Source: Thermodesulfobacteriota bacterium (lineage in GTDB: Bacteria > Desulfobacterota > Desulfarculia > JACQYL01). Taken from it: a DNA stretch of 64,000 nucleotides. Positions 19,613 to 29,257 of this stretch are shown here, in pieces (position 1 is the stretch's first letter; each line of letters starts with the position of its first letter). A program made the position numbers and the translations under genes. The stretch is from positions 1,408,001-1,472,000 of the forward strand of contig CAXXLZ010000002.1 of NCBI GenBank assembly GCA_963675595.2, written 5' to 3'. The notes under the pieces were generated by a model. The model was given only the letters and a program-made list of their open reading frames with translations. It searched no databases and was not told the origin of the DNA.

Positions 19613-20286
19613 GAGCGATATCCGGTAAGACACTGAAAGGTTGGGGGCCCGCTTTGGGAATGGCCCTGCTGATGAATGCCTTTCTAATTTTCTGGATGCC
19701 CGCCCTGTCTCGTGACCTGGGCTCATCCGGCAACGATGGTTCCTTGAAGCCGGTGCTCATCCGGCTCCAGCAGCCCCCACCGCCCCCTCCGCCCAAACAG
19801 GATCGACCCAAGCCCAAGCCCAGGGAGATGATCAAAAAGCTCCCCGTGTTTCCGGTGCAGCAGGTCAAGCGGCAAACCACCCGGCCCAAGGAATCTCTGA
19901 AGTTGCCCGATTTCCAGTTTGAATTGAATCCCAAGCTGGCTGCGGACCTCCAGGTTACGGCGCCCCCGAACGAGCTTCCGAGCCTCCCTCGGGAATTCCA
20001 GATCGGCGAGGTCGACGAGCAACCGCAAATTCTCCGCCAGGTGAAACCCCGGTATCCTTTTTCCGCAAGGAGAAGAGGCATCACGGGAAAGGTCCTGGTG
20101 AAGTTCATCGTGGACTCTCAAGGTCGTGTTCAAAAACCCGTCATCGTCGAGGAACAGCCGGCGGGTCTCTTTGGTGAAAGCGTGCTCCAGGCGTTGGCCC
20201 AATGGCGTTTCCGCCCCGGATTCGTCCAAGGCGCCCCGGTCTCCACCTGGGTTGTACTCCCCATTGAATTCGGACTATCGGGATGA
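19609..20286 (+). CDS. tonB: Energy transducer TonB
   Basis: N-terminal TM, poly-Pro linker, PRYPxxARRRGITGKVLVKFIVD...WRFRPG TonB C-terminal domain. Confidence 0.92.
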   Translation: MRAISGKTLKGWGPALGMALLMNAFLIFWMPALSRDLGSSGNDGSLKPVLIRLQQPPPPPPPKQDRPKPKPREMIKKLPVFPVQQVKRQTTRPKESLKLPDFQFELNPKLAADLQVTAPPNELPSLPREFQIGEVDEQPQILRQVKPRYPFSARRRGITGKVLVKFIVDSQGRVQKPVIVEEQPAGLFGESVLQALAQWRFRPGFVQGAPVSTWVVLPIEFGLSG

Positions 20287-21479
20287 AAACAAGAACAACG
20301 GTCATTCTTTGCTTCGTTTGCGCGTCCATACTCGCATGGTATGCGCCCATACCGGTCTTCAGCGCACAGGACCCCCTGACGCGCAATCTTTCTCCAACCG
20401 TCCACCGAATCGTGTATCAGGCCCAAGAAGCCCTGCAAGCCGAAAAATACGACAAGGCCGTCGAAATCCTGCGGGAGTTCGATCTGAAGCACCCCGATAA
20501 GCCGGATGCCCTGGTCTGTTACCTCTTGGGCAACGCCTACTATATGAACAATAAGAAGGAAGCGGCGTATCGGTCCTATCGCAGGGGCGTTGAGGCCGCC
20601 ACCGATTCCGCCATGTTGTGGAGAAATCTCGCCGCCGTGGCCTATGAGCTCAACCACACATCCGAAGCCGCAACCTGCTTCCGGAAGGCCTTCGACCTGT
20701 CGGATCCTCCGGATTACGATCTCCTCTACCAAGCGGGAGCCGCTCATTACCAAGCACGCGAATACGCCAAAGCCAAAGTCGCTCTGTCCGAGCTGGTTCG
20801 TCCGGGAGCCAAGGTGGAGAAGCCGTGGCTGCAACTGCTCATCCACACGTACCTCGAACTCGGCGAACTGAAAGAGGCGGAAGAGCTTCTCACCCTGTTT
20901 CTGGAACGAAACCCCACGGAAGCCGCGTATTGGAGGCTGATGGCACAGGTGAGAATCCATCGAAAGAACTACGTGGAAGCCGCCGCCGCACTGGAGATCG
21001 CCTATCGGCTCTCCCCCCCCGACGCCGACGGCTGGAAGGAACTCGCCGGCATTTACATGTACATCGGAACCCCTCAGCGAGGTGCGATACTACTCGAGAA
21101 AGCCTACGGTCCCGATCCCTCACCCGATCAATGCGACGAAATCGCCCGTGCCTACGTGACGGCCGAGCAACCCGAACGTGCCCTGGTCTTCTGGAATCGG
21201 GCTATTGACAAAGACCCTTCCCCCACCCGCCTTCTCGAGGTGGGCAAGCTGCACTACCAACACGGTCATTGGAAGAAGGCCATGGAAGTGCTTCAGAGAG
21301 TCACGGACAAAGCCCCCGACATCGCCCTGGCCCAGCTTCTCCTGGGATATTGCGCCTGGGAGTCCGGGGACCTTCCCCTGGCCGAACGGTCCTTCCAAAA
21401 AGCGGCGGCGGAAAAACGTTACAAGAACCACGCCCGCGGCGCTCTTGCCACCCTGAAGAGTCTGACCACCGAAGGCTGA
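20283..21479 (+). CDS. Periplasmic TPR protein (TtpD-like)
   Basis: Signal peptide, repeated TPR helices; last gene of the TonB operon. Confidence 0.85.
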   Translation: MKTRTTVILCFVCASILAWYAPIPVFSAQDPLTRNLSPTVHRIVYQAQEALQAEKYDKAVEILREFDLKHPDKPDALVCYLLGNAYYMNNKKEAAYRSYRRGVEAATDSAMLWRNLAAVAYELNHTSEAATCFRKAFDLSDPPDYDLLYQAGAAHYQAREYAKAKVALSELVRPGAKVEKPWLQLLIHTYLELGELKEAEELLTLFLERNPTEAAYWRLMAQVRIHRKNYVEAAAALEIAYRLSPPDADGWKELAGIYMYIGTPQRGAILLEKAYGPDPSPDQCDEIARAYVTAEQPERALVFWNRAIDKDPSPTRLLEVGKLHYQHGHWKKAMEVLQRVTDKAPDIALAQLLLGYCAWESGDLPLAERSFQKAAAEKRYKNHARGALATLKSLTTEG

Positions 21480-21560
21480 GGCTCGGAACCGACCACACGA
21501 CCTCTTCGAACCGGACGGCAAATCGAACTTCGGGCCGCGGCGCGCGGAGCGGACGCGGTT

Positions 21561-22649
21561 TCAGTCGTCGATGGGGCCGGTACGAATCGCCCTGCGTTTT
21601 TCCAAAGGAAACTTCAGTCGAAACACGGCGCCGTCGCCCGGCGGCGATTCGGCTTCAATGGCGCCTCCGTGCGCTTCCATGATCCGTTTGGCCACAGCGA
21701 GATCGAAGCCGCTCCCCCCGCTCTTGGTACTGAAAAACGGTTTGAACAGATGGGCGAGATTTTCCCGCGAAATGCCCGGGCCGGTGTCATGTACGGAGAT
21801 CACATACGCGCCGTCCTCAACGGAGGATCGTATACGGATCGACCCACCCTCCCCCATGGCCTCCAGCGCGTTATCGATAAGGATGGAGACCACACGGATC
21901 ACTTGTTCTCGATCCACATGCAGGACACATTCGGCGGTTTCCGATTCTAATTGCGCGCCGCATTCGGATATCTCCCGCCGACACCTCTCCACGGCCTCCT
22001 TGATCACTCGCCCGAGGTCTTCGGCGACATGTTGCGGCTTGGGCATCCGAATGAAGAAATCGACCTTTCTGATCAGTTCCTCAATTCGTTTCAAGTCGTC
22101 CAGGATGTTCCTGTAGTAACCGTCATGTTCGTCGTCGGAACGGCAGGATTTGTATAGTTTGTTTACATACCCGGCAATACCCACCATGGGATTTCTCAAT
22201 TCGTGCGCAATCCCATTGGCCACCTTCACCAGGTCCTCGTAGCCCACATCCCTGAAAGACTGCTCCATTCGCTTTCGCCGGTCGATGTCCCTGATCCCGG
22301 TGATCAGCACCGGCGGCGTCTCCAACGTCTCGGCATAGGTCTTGATCGAAAGAAAAGCGAAAAAACGAGTACCGTCCTTTCGAACAAGCATGACCTCCCC
22401 GCTGAATTCTCTGCCTCGGGCGGCCATCTTCAGGAGGTTGGGCAATAAGTGAACAAGATCTTCCGGGGTAAACAGAACGGAAAGGTCTAAACCTACGAGT
22501 TCATCCGGCTCGAATCCCAGGACCGCCGGGACCGAAGGCCCTGCGAAGGATATCCTCCCGTCGAGCCCGGAAAGGATCACCGCTTGCCGCACGCACAGGA
22601 GGATGGCTTCAAACAAAGGGCCGGGAACGGATTGCGATAAGTCCACCAT
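21561..22649 (-). CDS. Cytoplasmic PAS-HisKA-HATPase histidine kinase
   Basis: PAS (RKDGTRF), AHELRNPM H-box, DNALEA, DTGPGI, FKPFFSTK; G2 box atypical (GSGFDL). Confidence 0.88.
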   Translation of the reverse strand: MVDLSQSVPGPLFEAILLCVRQAVILSGLDGRISFAGPSVPAVLGFEPDELVGLDLSVLFTPEDLVHLLPNLLKMAARGREFSGEVMLVRKDGTRFFAFLSIKTYAETLETPPVLITGIRDIDRRKRMEQSFRDVGYEDLVKVANGIAHELRNPMVGIAGYVNKLYKSCRSDDEHDGYYRNILDDLKRIEELIRKVDFFIRMPKPQHVAEDLGRVIKEAVERCRREISECGAQLESETAECVLHVDREQVIRVVSILIDNALEAMGEGGSIRIRSSVEDGAYVISVHDTGPGISRENLAHLFKPFFSTKSGGSGFDLAVAKRIMEAHGGAIEAESPPGDGAVFRLKFPLEKRRAIRTGPIDD

Positions 22650-22989
22650 CGCACCCCTTTCATCAAGGAAGCTCTTTTATGGATGCTTTCCTACGGATAC
22701 TCTCCACGCGGGAACGCCCGGCTCGTCTCACGGGTCTGAAAAGCGACCGGAAGCTCTTCCAGGATTTCCGCGAAAGCTTCGTCATCGACAGTATAGTCCG
22801 GATGGTTTCACGAAGGAAAAGTAATCTGAGGGAGAGAAGACGGCGACGTAAGAGCCGCCGTCTCGAAAAGAAGATCAAAAAGGGTGACCGCCGGGCGCGC
22901 CAATCCCTGAAAGTGGGAACGTACATGAGGTACGCCGCAAAGATGATGGATGAAGCGCAACACCGCGAACCGCGTTCGGCGGCAACCGC

Positions 22990-24465
22990 CTAACGGTCCA
23001 TGACGGACATTCCCTGCACGGGTAGTGGGGTCGCGGCTTTTCCGGCAACCGTGTTGGTCTTTGTATTAAAGGCCAGAATGCCCGGGTCCTCGTCCGAGTT
23101 GTCGATCACAAAGAGCGTGCATCCGCACTCCCGACAACCGGCCGCAATCTCGGGAATATAGTAAAGCACCTCGTGAAATCTGCTTTGGGTCACCGAACCG
23201 TCGGTAAGGTTCACCTCGTTGACGAAATACGGCCACGGCCAATCGCCGGAATTGTCCGTCCCGACCAGATAAGCCTTCTCCGGTGAACAGAAGTCCAGGT
23301 CGCTGACCACATACCCCACATCCTCCTGGCGAAACATCAAATTCTTGGAAGCGTCCGTAGCCGTGTCCACGACTTCCACTCCGGAACCGAAAGCTTCGTC
23401 GTTGTAGTCGCCCGTACAAACAACGAAAATCTCGCCCGTGGATTCAAGGTAGGAAAGGGAACCGGGATCCCTCAATTGAAGCTGAATTCCCTGTACGCCC
23501 TCGGTCACAGGGTCCATATCCACCACACTATCCGTTTCCGTGTCGATTTTGGCCAGCATGCCCTCGGACGGCGCCCATCCGTTGTTGCGATCCAGCCTTC
23601 CCAAAGACACGTAAATGTATTGACCCACGCGGACCATGTTCGCGGCTTCAGGCAGTTCATCGGTGCCCTCGTTGAACATGGAAAGATCGATCAGTTTGAG
23701 TCGTTCCCCGGTCAAGGGATTCAGCTTGAGCAATGCGCTGCTCCCCAGAAAGCTCATATAGGCCGTAGATTCGTCGAGAAAGACCATGTCCTGGGGATTG
23801 CTCGAGGATTGGGGAGAAGGAAGGTCCAGAACCCCGTTGGGATCCTCGATCCCCACACTATATTGAATCTGCGGAACCGCGTCCGTTTGAACCGGGTCCA
23901 CCACGAGCACGGAATCCGAGCCGTACCGTCCAATCAAGAACACTTTGTCACCAAATGTCCGCGCCACCGTATCTTGCGCAAGGACGAGATCCTCCCCTCC
24001 CCCGTCCCGATATTGCACCGTATTAAAGGGCGACGCCACCGAAGTACGATAACCCAGCCCGTTGGGATCCGAGTAGATTCCGCCGCACGAGAACAACAGC
24101 CCGCAATAGGTTCCTCCGAAGCTCTTGCTCAGCGCATAGGAAACGGGAGCGCCTCCGCTCGGAGTGTATACGGCCGTCGCCGAATCTTCGCCGGTAAAAG
24201 AGATGGACAGAGCGGCGCCGTTTCCTCCCAACTCCGATGCCTGGAATCCGTCGGTGAAGTCGCTGTCCAAAAAGGATTCGTAAGAGGTCAAGTCCGTGGT
24301 GAACACGGCGGTCATGGCCCGCGTGTCGTGTTCCGACAACCAGATATTCACCGTCTGCTCGGGGTTCTTCCAGATGCCTCCGTAGCCGGCCCACACGGTT
24401 TGACCAGCGAAGCAGGCCGTGAAAATGAAAAGTATCCCCAGGACCGCCGCATACCTTTTGCCCAT
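22990..24465 (-). CDS. Secreted beta-propeller protein, likely cobalamin-binding (BtuG/YncE-like), with an extra N-terminal ~90-aa domain
   Basis: ATG 24465 after GGGAGG; signal peptide ending VWA; propeller blades (SNPQDMVFLDESTAYMS, IDLS, LPEAANM, YVSLGRLDR); downstream of a cobalamin riboswitch. Confidence 0.75.
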   Translation of the reverse strand: MGKRYAAVLGILFIFTACFAGQTVWAGYGGIWKNPEQTVNIWLSEHDTRAMTAVFTTDLTSYESFLDSDFTDGFQASELGGNGAALSISFTGEDSATAVYTPSGGAPVSYALSKSFGGTYCGLLFSCGGIYSDPNGLGYRTSVASPFNTVQYRDGGGEDLVLAQDTVARTFGDKVFLIGRYGSDSVLVVDPVQTDAVPQIQYSVGIEDPNGVLDLPSPQSSSNPQDMVFLDESTAYMSFLGSSALLKLNPLTGERLKLIDLSMFNEGTDELPEAANMVRVGQYIYVSLGRLDRNNGWAPSEGMLAKIDTETDSVVDMDPVTEGVQGIQLQLRDPGSLSYLESTGEIFVVCTGDYNDEAFGSGVEVVDTATDASKNLMFRQEDVGYVVSDLDFCSPEKAYLVGTDNSGDWPWPYFVNEVNLTDGSVTQSRFHEVLYYIPEIAAGCRECGCTLFVIDNSDEDPGILAFNTKTNTVAGKAATPLPVQGMSVMDR

Positions 24466-24592
24466 TGTGAACCTCCCGTAACTGTTGGTTGTTCGTCGCC
24501 TTGACCCCCACCGGCCCATTGAAAAAATGCGGAGCGCCTTTTCAACCGCCTGCTGCGCGTCAAGAATCCTCCCGAAGGCCCGGAGCAAGGGC

Positions 24593-24631
24593 AAAAAGAA
24601 ACCCTATCTCCCCCACAAGGGGACAAATAGG
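24593..24631 (-). terminator. Riboswitch expression-platform terminator
   Basis: Minus strand CCCTAT...ATAGGG hairpin followed by TTTCTTTTT, between riboswitch and CDS. Confidence 0.6.
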
Positions 24632-24694
24632 GATCGCTTTGGTCTCAACTGTGCAAGCATACGAGCATACTACCGGTGCCTTTGGATTGGCTCA

Positions 24695-24842
24695 AAGGCG
24701 GGTGTTCCGGCTTCCGGATTATTGACGTCCCGCGCCTTCCCACCCGAAAGGGCAGTGGCTTACTGCGGGCGTCTCCCCGGTTACGGCGGCCGTTCCGCTC
24801 CCGAATTCCACGGGATTCCCCTAAACCATGAGCACCTTCACC
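24695..24842 (-). ncRNA. Cobalamin riboswitch
   Basis: Minus strand reads AAGGTG...AGGGGAATCCCG...GGCCGCCGTAA...GCCACTG...GGGAAGGC...AAGCCGGAACACCCGCC. Confidence 0.9.
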
Positions 24843-25008
24843 CGTACTAGATACGGGGATGTGTGTCAATACGGTTTCAGGCGGAACGTGTTTCGGGAAA
24901 CGAGCGGTATCTCCCCCGGAAAAACCGATGTTGCTCGGCTGAGACGGAAGAGCAACGTATCCTTGGGCACCCAAGGATACGGCGTAACGATCCGACTCGA
25001 CGGCGGAT

Positions 25009-26487
25009 TCAATGAATATGCAGCTCGCACACGCGCCGGAAATGATATCCGTGAATGGCCAGAGTGATGGCCAAAGGCAGGAGTTTGGGCCTTCGGGTCA
25101 GGGTCCACAGCACCAGCTTCCAATACTGGTAACGTTCCTTACCCCCGATTCCCAGTCTCACGGAGGAACGGAAGAAAGCGAAAAATCGATGAAAATCCAT
25201 GGGCACCCTGACTTCCGGCGTCTTGAATTCCTTTAGAAAGGTGCGTACCCGTTGATAATAACATTCAGGAGAATAAAGCTGTTCCATGAGCGCCCGGTAG
25301 CCCTCCACGAGCTTGGGCAAACCCATGCGGGGAATAATGTTCGTGGTGCCGTCCACATTGTCTCCGGACAACGCCCCCAACACCCGGTTTTCCTTGCTCA
25401 ACCTCTCGAACAGCCGTGTTCCCGGAGGAGCCTGAAGCATCCCCACCATGGCGGTCACAATACCGCTCTTCTGGATGAAGTCGACCTGCCGATGGAAGGT
25501 GGACTGCGTATCGTTGTCAAACCCCACAATGAAGCCGCCCATCACTTGGAGACCGGCTCTCTGAATCCCCTTTACGCTCTGCAGCAAGTCCCGATTCTTG
25601 TTCTGGTTCTTCCGGCACTCGGTCAAGCTCTCTTCGTCCGGAGATTCGATGCCCACGAATACCGTATCAAAGCCCGCTTTGACCATCATTTCCATCAGCT
25701 CCGGGTCATCGGCCAAATTGATGGACGTCTCCGTGTAGAACACGAATCCTTTCTTGCCCTTCCGCCAACGGATCAACTCGGGCAGCAGCTTGGTTTTCAG
25801 GTAGTTCTTGTTCCCGATAAAGTTGTCGTCCACGAAAAAGACATTTCCCCGCCACCCCGCAACTTGAAGCGTTTCCAGCTCATAAATCATCTGTTCGGGA
25901 GTCTTCATCCGGGGCTTGCGACCGAAAAGAATCGTCACGTTGCAGAAATCACAGTGAAAAGGGCATCCTCGCGAGAACTGCAGGCACATGGACGCGTATT
26001 TCTTCATCTCGATGAGGTCCCACTGGGGAACCGGTGTCCTGCGAATGTCGCAAAACTCGGAGGCCCGGTAGGTCCTTTCCGGAGTCCCTTTTTCCAGGTC
26101 CGCCAAGAAACGCGGAAGCGTCAGTTCCGCTTCGTCGAGCACCAGGTGCGCCACGGTTCTGAATTCATCAGGCTCGCAAGTGAACAGCGGCCCTCCTCCC
26201 ACCACCTTGACCCCCATGGCGTTGCACCGGGCGATCACCTGCTTTGCCGATTCGCGTTGGATCGTCATTCCACCGATGAACACCAGGTCCGCCCAGGAAA
26301 GATCGGCGTCCGATAGGTCCACGACGTTCATGTCCACCAGTCGTCTGGACCAGTCTTTTGGCAGAAGAGACGCCGTGGTGAGCAGGCCCAGCGGAGGGAA
26401 AGCCGCTTTTTTCCGAATGAATCGCAACGCGTGCTTAAATGACCAGAAAGTATCGGGAAACTTGGGATAGACGAGCAGAACGTTCAT
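25009..26487 (-). CDS. B12-binding radical SAM enzyme (DUF4070/HpnP-like family)
   Basis: YPKFPDTFWSF, PPLGLLT B12-binding domain, SRGCPFHCDFC CX3CX2C motif, FFVDDNFIGN. Start at ATG 26487. Confidence 0.9.
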   Translation of the reverse strand: MNVLLVYPKFPDTFWSFKHALRFIRKKAAFPPLGLLTTASLLPKDWSRRLVDMNVVDLSDADLSWADLVFIGGMTIQRESAKQVIARCNAMGVKVVGGGPLFTCEPDEFRTVAHLVLDEAELTLPRFLADLEKGTPERTYRASEFCDIRRTPVPQWDLIEMKKYASMCLQFSRGCPFHCDFCNVTILFGRKPRMKTPEQMIYELETLQVAGWRGNVFFVDDNFIGNKNYLKTKLLPELIRWRKGKKGFVFYTETSINLADDPELMEMMVKAGFDTVFVGIESPDEESLTECRKNQNKNRDLLQSVKGIQRAGLQVMGGFIVGFDNDTQSTFHRQVDFIQKSGIVTAMVGMLQAPPGTRLFERLSKENRVLGALSGDNVDGTTNIIPRMGLPKLVEGYRALMEQLYSPECYYQRVRTFLKEFKTPEVRVPMDFHRFFAFFRSSVRLGIGGKERYQYWKLVLWTLTRRPKLLPLAITLAIHGYHFRRVCELHIH

Positions 26488-26858
26488 GATCTGGAATCCT
26501 TGCCCCGGGGAGGGAAACCCCTGGATGAAAGTTGAAAAAACCGTCGAAGATTCGGGCAAAGACCCGGACGAGCCCTCCCTCCAACTTGTTCCCGCACGGG
26601 ACACCGCGGGGACCTCGAAGTGTCCTTTCATTGTAGGGAAAGCTTGTCCGGTTTACAAGAGAATGAGAGCCCCGAAAGCATCCACGCACGAGGTTTGCGC
26701 GAATATTCCCACCCTATGAAGCTTCGACCGCCGAGTTCTTTTACCTTGTGTAAAAAGATCCGGCAGGCATCCGTCTCAATCTTAACGCCCCCAAATAGAC
26801 AACCTCAGAATTATTCCAATATATCGGCTAATTAGAGAGCCGGAGCACGCTCCGGTTG

Positions 26859-26873
26859 TGGCACGGACATTGC
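26859..26873 (+). promoter_or_regulatory. sigma54 (-24/-12) promoter
   Basis: TGGCACGGACATTGC matches TGGCACG-N4-TTGC, 90 nt upstream of the flavocytochrome start, with an AT-rich tract upstream. Confidence 0.8.
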
Positions 26874-26963
26874 CCTTATCCGTTACGTGGTCCCCAAAAA
26901 CAATACGCATCTTAGCCGCCCGGCCTAATTTGGCCTTACACGTAGAACGACAGGAGGTATTCA

Positions 26964-28505
26964 ATGAACGACCAAGATACCCTCTCCGGAAAAATGACCC
27001 GGCGCACCTTCCTTAAGGCCTCGGGGGGAGCCGCCGCAGGAGCCGGTTTGGCGACGGGCGGCATGTTCCTCGGCGCCGGGCCGGCCCATTCGGCTCAGTT
27101 GCCCGCGTCTTGGGATGAGGAAGCCGATGTCGTCATTATCGGCAGCGGATTCGCCGGATTGGCGGCCGCCATGGAAGTCAAGAACAAAGGATCGGCGCCT
27201 CTGGTCCTGGAAAAGATGAAGGTTCCGGGCGGCAACTCCATCATCAACGGAGGCCTCATCGCCGCGGCAAACTCGGAACTGCAGAACAAGGAAGGAATCA
27301 AGGATTCGCCGGAACTCATGTTCAAGGACATGCTCAAAGCCGGTTTGGGATTGAACCACCCCGAGCTGGTCCGCAAAGTGTGCGAACTTTCCAACGAAAC
27401 CGTCCAATGGACCATTGAAACGCTCGGCGTGCAATACAAGGAACGCGTTACCCACCTTGGAGGCCACTCCGTACCCCGAAGCTACTACACGACCAACAAC
27501 TCCGGCTCGGGCATCGTTCTTCCCATGATCAAAAAGGTCAAAGCGCTGGAGATCCCGCTGAGAACGGGCTGCTACCTCACCCGCATCTTCAAGGACGAAG
27601 AGGGCGCGGTTCGGGGAGTCGAGATCCGTGAAGGATACGCTTTCCCGGAAGCCGGAAGCGGCACGGTGAAAACCGTCAAGGCAAGGCAGGCCGTCGTCAT
27701 GGCCACCGGCGGGTTCGGATACGATATTCCCTTCCGTACCATCCAGGACCCGCGGCTCACCGATCAACTGGATTGCACCAACCAGCCTGGAGCCACCGCG
27801 GAAGGGCTTATTGAAGCCCTGAGGCTGGGTGCCACCCCCGTGCAGCTTTCGTGGATCCAGCTCGGCCCATGGGCCTGCCCCGACGAGAAAGGCATGGGAA
27901 TCGGGTACATTTTCGCCATCTCTTCGGCCTTCCCTTACGGCGTGATGGTGGATCCGGCCACGGGAAAGCGTTTCGTCAATGAACTGGCCGACCGCAAAGT
28001 GCGTTCGGACGCCATCCTCAAGACCGGTCATCCCGCCATTGGGATCGCGGATCAGACCGGAGCCCAATACACCGACAAGCTTGGTCAAATGCTTTCGGCC
28101 GGCACCGTGAAAGAGTTCAACACGTTGGGAGAATTGGCCGAGGCTTTCAAGATCGACTACGAAGGTCTCAAGCAGACCATCGAAAAGTACAACGCGTATG
28201 TAAAGACGGGAAAGGACGAGGAACAGGGAAAACCGATCCGTCAAGACTGTCGGCCCGTGGAAATGCCGCCCTTCTACGGTATGCGCTTGTGGCCCAAAAT
28301 TCATCATACCATGGGCGGCGTCCAAATCGATGAGGACGCTCGAGTGATTGATCTGGATCACCGTCCGATCGGCCGCTTATATGCCGCGGGCGAAATCACG
28401 GGAGGCGTTCACGGGGCCGTGCGCCTGGGCAGCAACGCCACGGCCGACTGCTTGGTTTTCGGCCGCATTGCCGGCCAAAAGGCGGCCGAAGAGCCTGTGC
28501 GATGA
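26964..28505 (+). CDS. Tat-exported flavocytochrome c flavin subunit (fumarate-reductase-like alkene reductase)
   Basis: RRTFLK Tat motif, GSGFAGLAAA, GGHSVPR, MATGGF, HHTMGG, AGEITGGVHGAVRLGS. Confidence 0.93.
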   Translation: MNDQDTLSGKMTRRTFLKASGGAAAGAGLATGGMFLGAGPAHSAQLPASWDEEADVVIIGSGFAGLAAAMEVKNKGSAPLVLEKMKVPGGNSIINGGLIAAANSELQNKEGIKDSPELMFKDMLKAGLGLNHPELVRKVCELSNETVQWTIETLGVQYKERVTHLGGHSVPRSYYTTNNSGSGIVLPMIKKVKALEIPLRTGCYLTRIFKDEEGAVRGVEIREGYAFPEAGSGTVKTVKARQAVVMATGGFGYDIPFRTIQDPRLTDQLDCTNQPGATAEGLIEALRLGATPVQLSWIQLGPWACPDEKGMGIGYIFAISSAFPYGVMVDPATGKRFVNELADRKVRSDAILKTGHPAIGIADQTGAQYTDKLGQMLSAGTVKEFNTLGELAEAFKIDYEGLKQTIEKYNAYVKTGKDEEQGKPIRQDCRPVEMPPFYGMRLWPKIHHTMGGVQIDEDARVIDLDHRPIGRLYAAGEITGGVHGAVRLGSNATADCLVFGRIAGQKAAEEPVR

Positions 28506-28705
28506 GGGCTACCCCCGTGCGGAAGGTCTAACCCGACTCCAGCCTTCCGCCTAACTTCAACCGGGAGAAGCCGAAGTTCGACTTCTCCCGTTCCATGTCC
28601 GATGACGACACCACGAGCCTTTTCGAAGTCGGCTCTGTGCCGCTTCCGGGTATCGGGTAATTTCAACGTTCCGTTCACCTCTCTTCTTCAAGAAAAGGCG
28701 ACTCG

Positions 28706-29257
28706 ATGTGGGCTAAAAGACCGACCCTTCCATCTCTCGTGAGGAATCGCCCGGTCCGTATCTGTTTTCTGACCCTGGCCTGCTGCTTGGTTTGGTGCTC
28801 CGGGTCGAACTCGGAAGACGCCTATGGAAATCCCGAAAGAAAAAGTACTGCCCGGCCCGGCCAATGCGCCGCGTGCCACACCACGAGAAGGGTCCTTCCC
28901 ACGAATCATCCGGAAGCCGCGGAGTCGGCGCTTCCCGAATGCCGTTCCTGCCATAAGGCTCGCAACGTAAGCCTCATCGGGAAGATTCCTTTGAGCCACT
29001 TCCATCAGCTCGCCGGAGTTTCCTGTGAAGACTGCCACCGGGACCTTGTGCCGCCCAAGCCCCTGAAAACATCGGACTGCCTTCAGTGCCACGAGTCCTA
29101 CGCCAAATTGGCCTCACTGACGAACGAGGGGCGGGCGAATCCTCACCACTCACCCCACTACGAGGACCTCCTGGAGTGCGACGTCTGCCACCACGTGCAC
29201 CGAAAGTCGGAAAACTTCTGCGGAACCTGCCATGAATGGAAGCTCCTCGTGCCCTGA
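28706..29257 (+). CDS. Multiheme cytochrome c (6 CxxCH motifs), probable partner of the flavoprotein
   Basis: CAACH, CRSCH, CEDCH, CLQCH, CDVCH, CGTCH and NPHHSPH; N-terminal hydrophobic stretch. Start uncertain. Confidence 0.88.
   Translation: MWAKRPTLPSLVRNRPVRICFLTLACCLVWCSGSNSEDAYGNPERKSTARPGQCAACHTTRRVLPTNHPEAAESALPECRSCHKARNVSLIGKIPLSHFHQLAGVSCEDCHRDLVPPKPLKTSDCLQCHESYAKLASLTNEGRANPHHSPHYEDLLECDVCHHVHRKSENFCGTCHEWKLLVP

Noticed and set aside
22663-22993. Arg-rich 104-aa (+) and 87-aa (-) ORFs, and a TGA-interrupted minus-strand frame suggesting a selenoprotein
   Set aside because: No RBS or family motif; no Cys/Sec redox motif or recognisable SECIS; probably the promoter region of the PAS kinase.
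26961-28361. Long antisense ORFs (466 aa here; also 49460-51124, 44961-46202, 14879-16012, 25252-26316)
   Set aside because: Shadow frames of well-supported genes in GC-rich DNA, with no motifs of their own.
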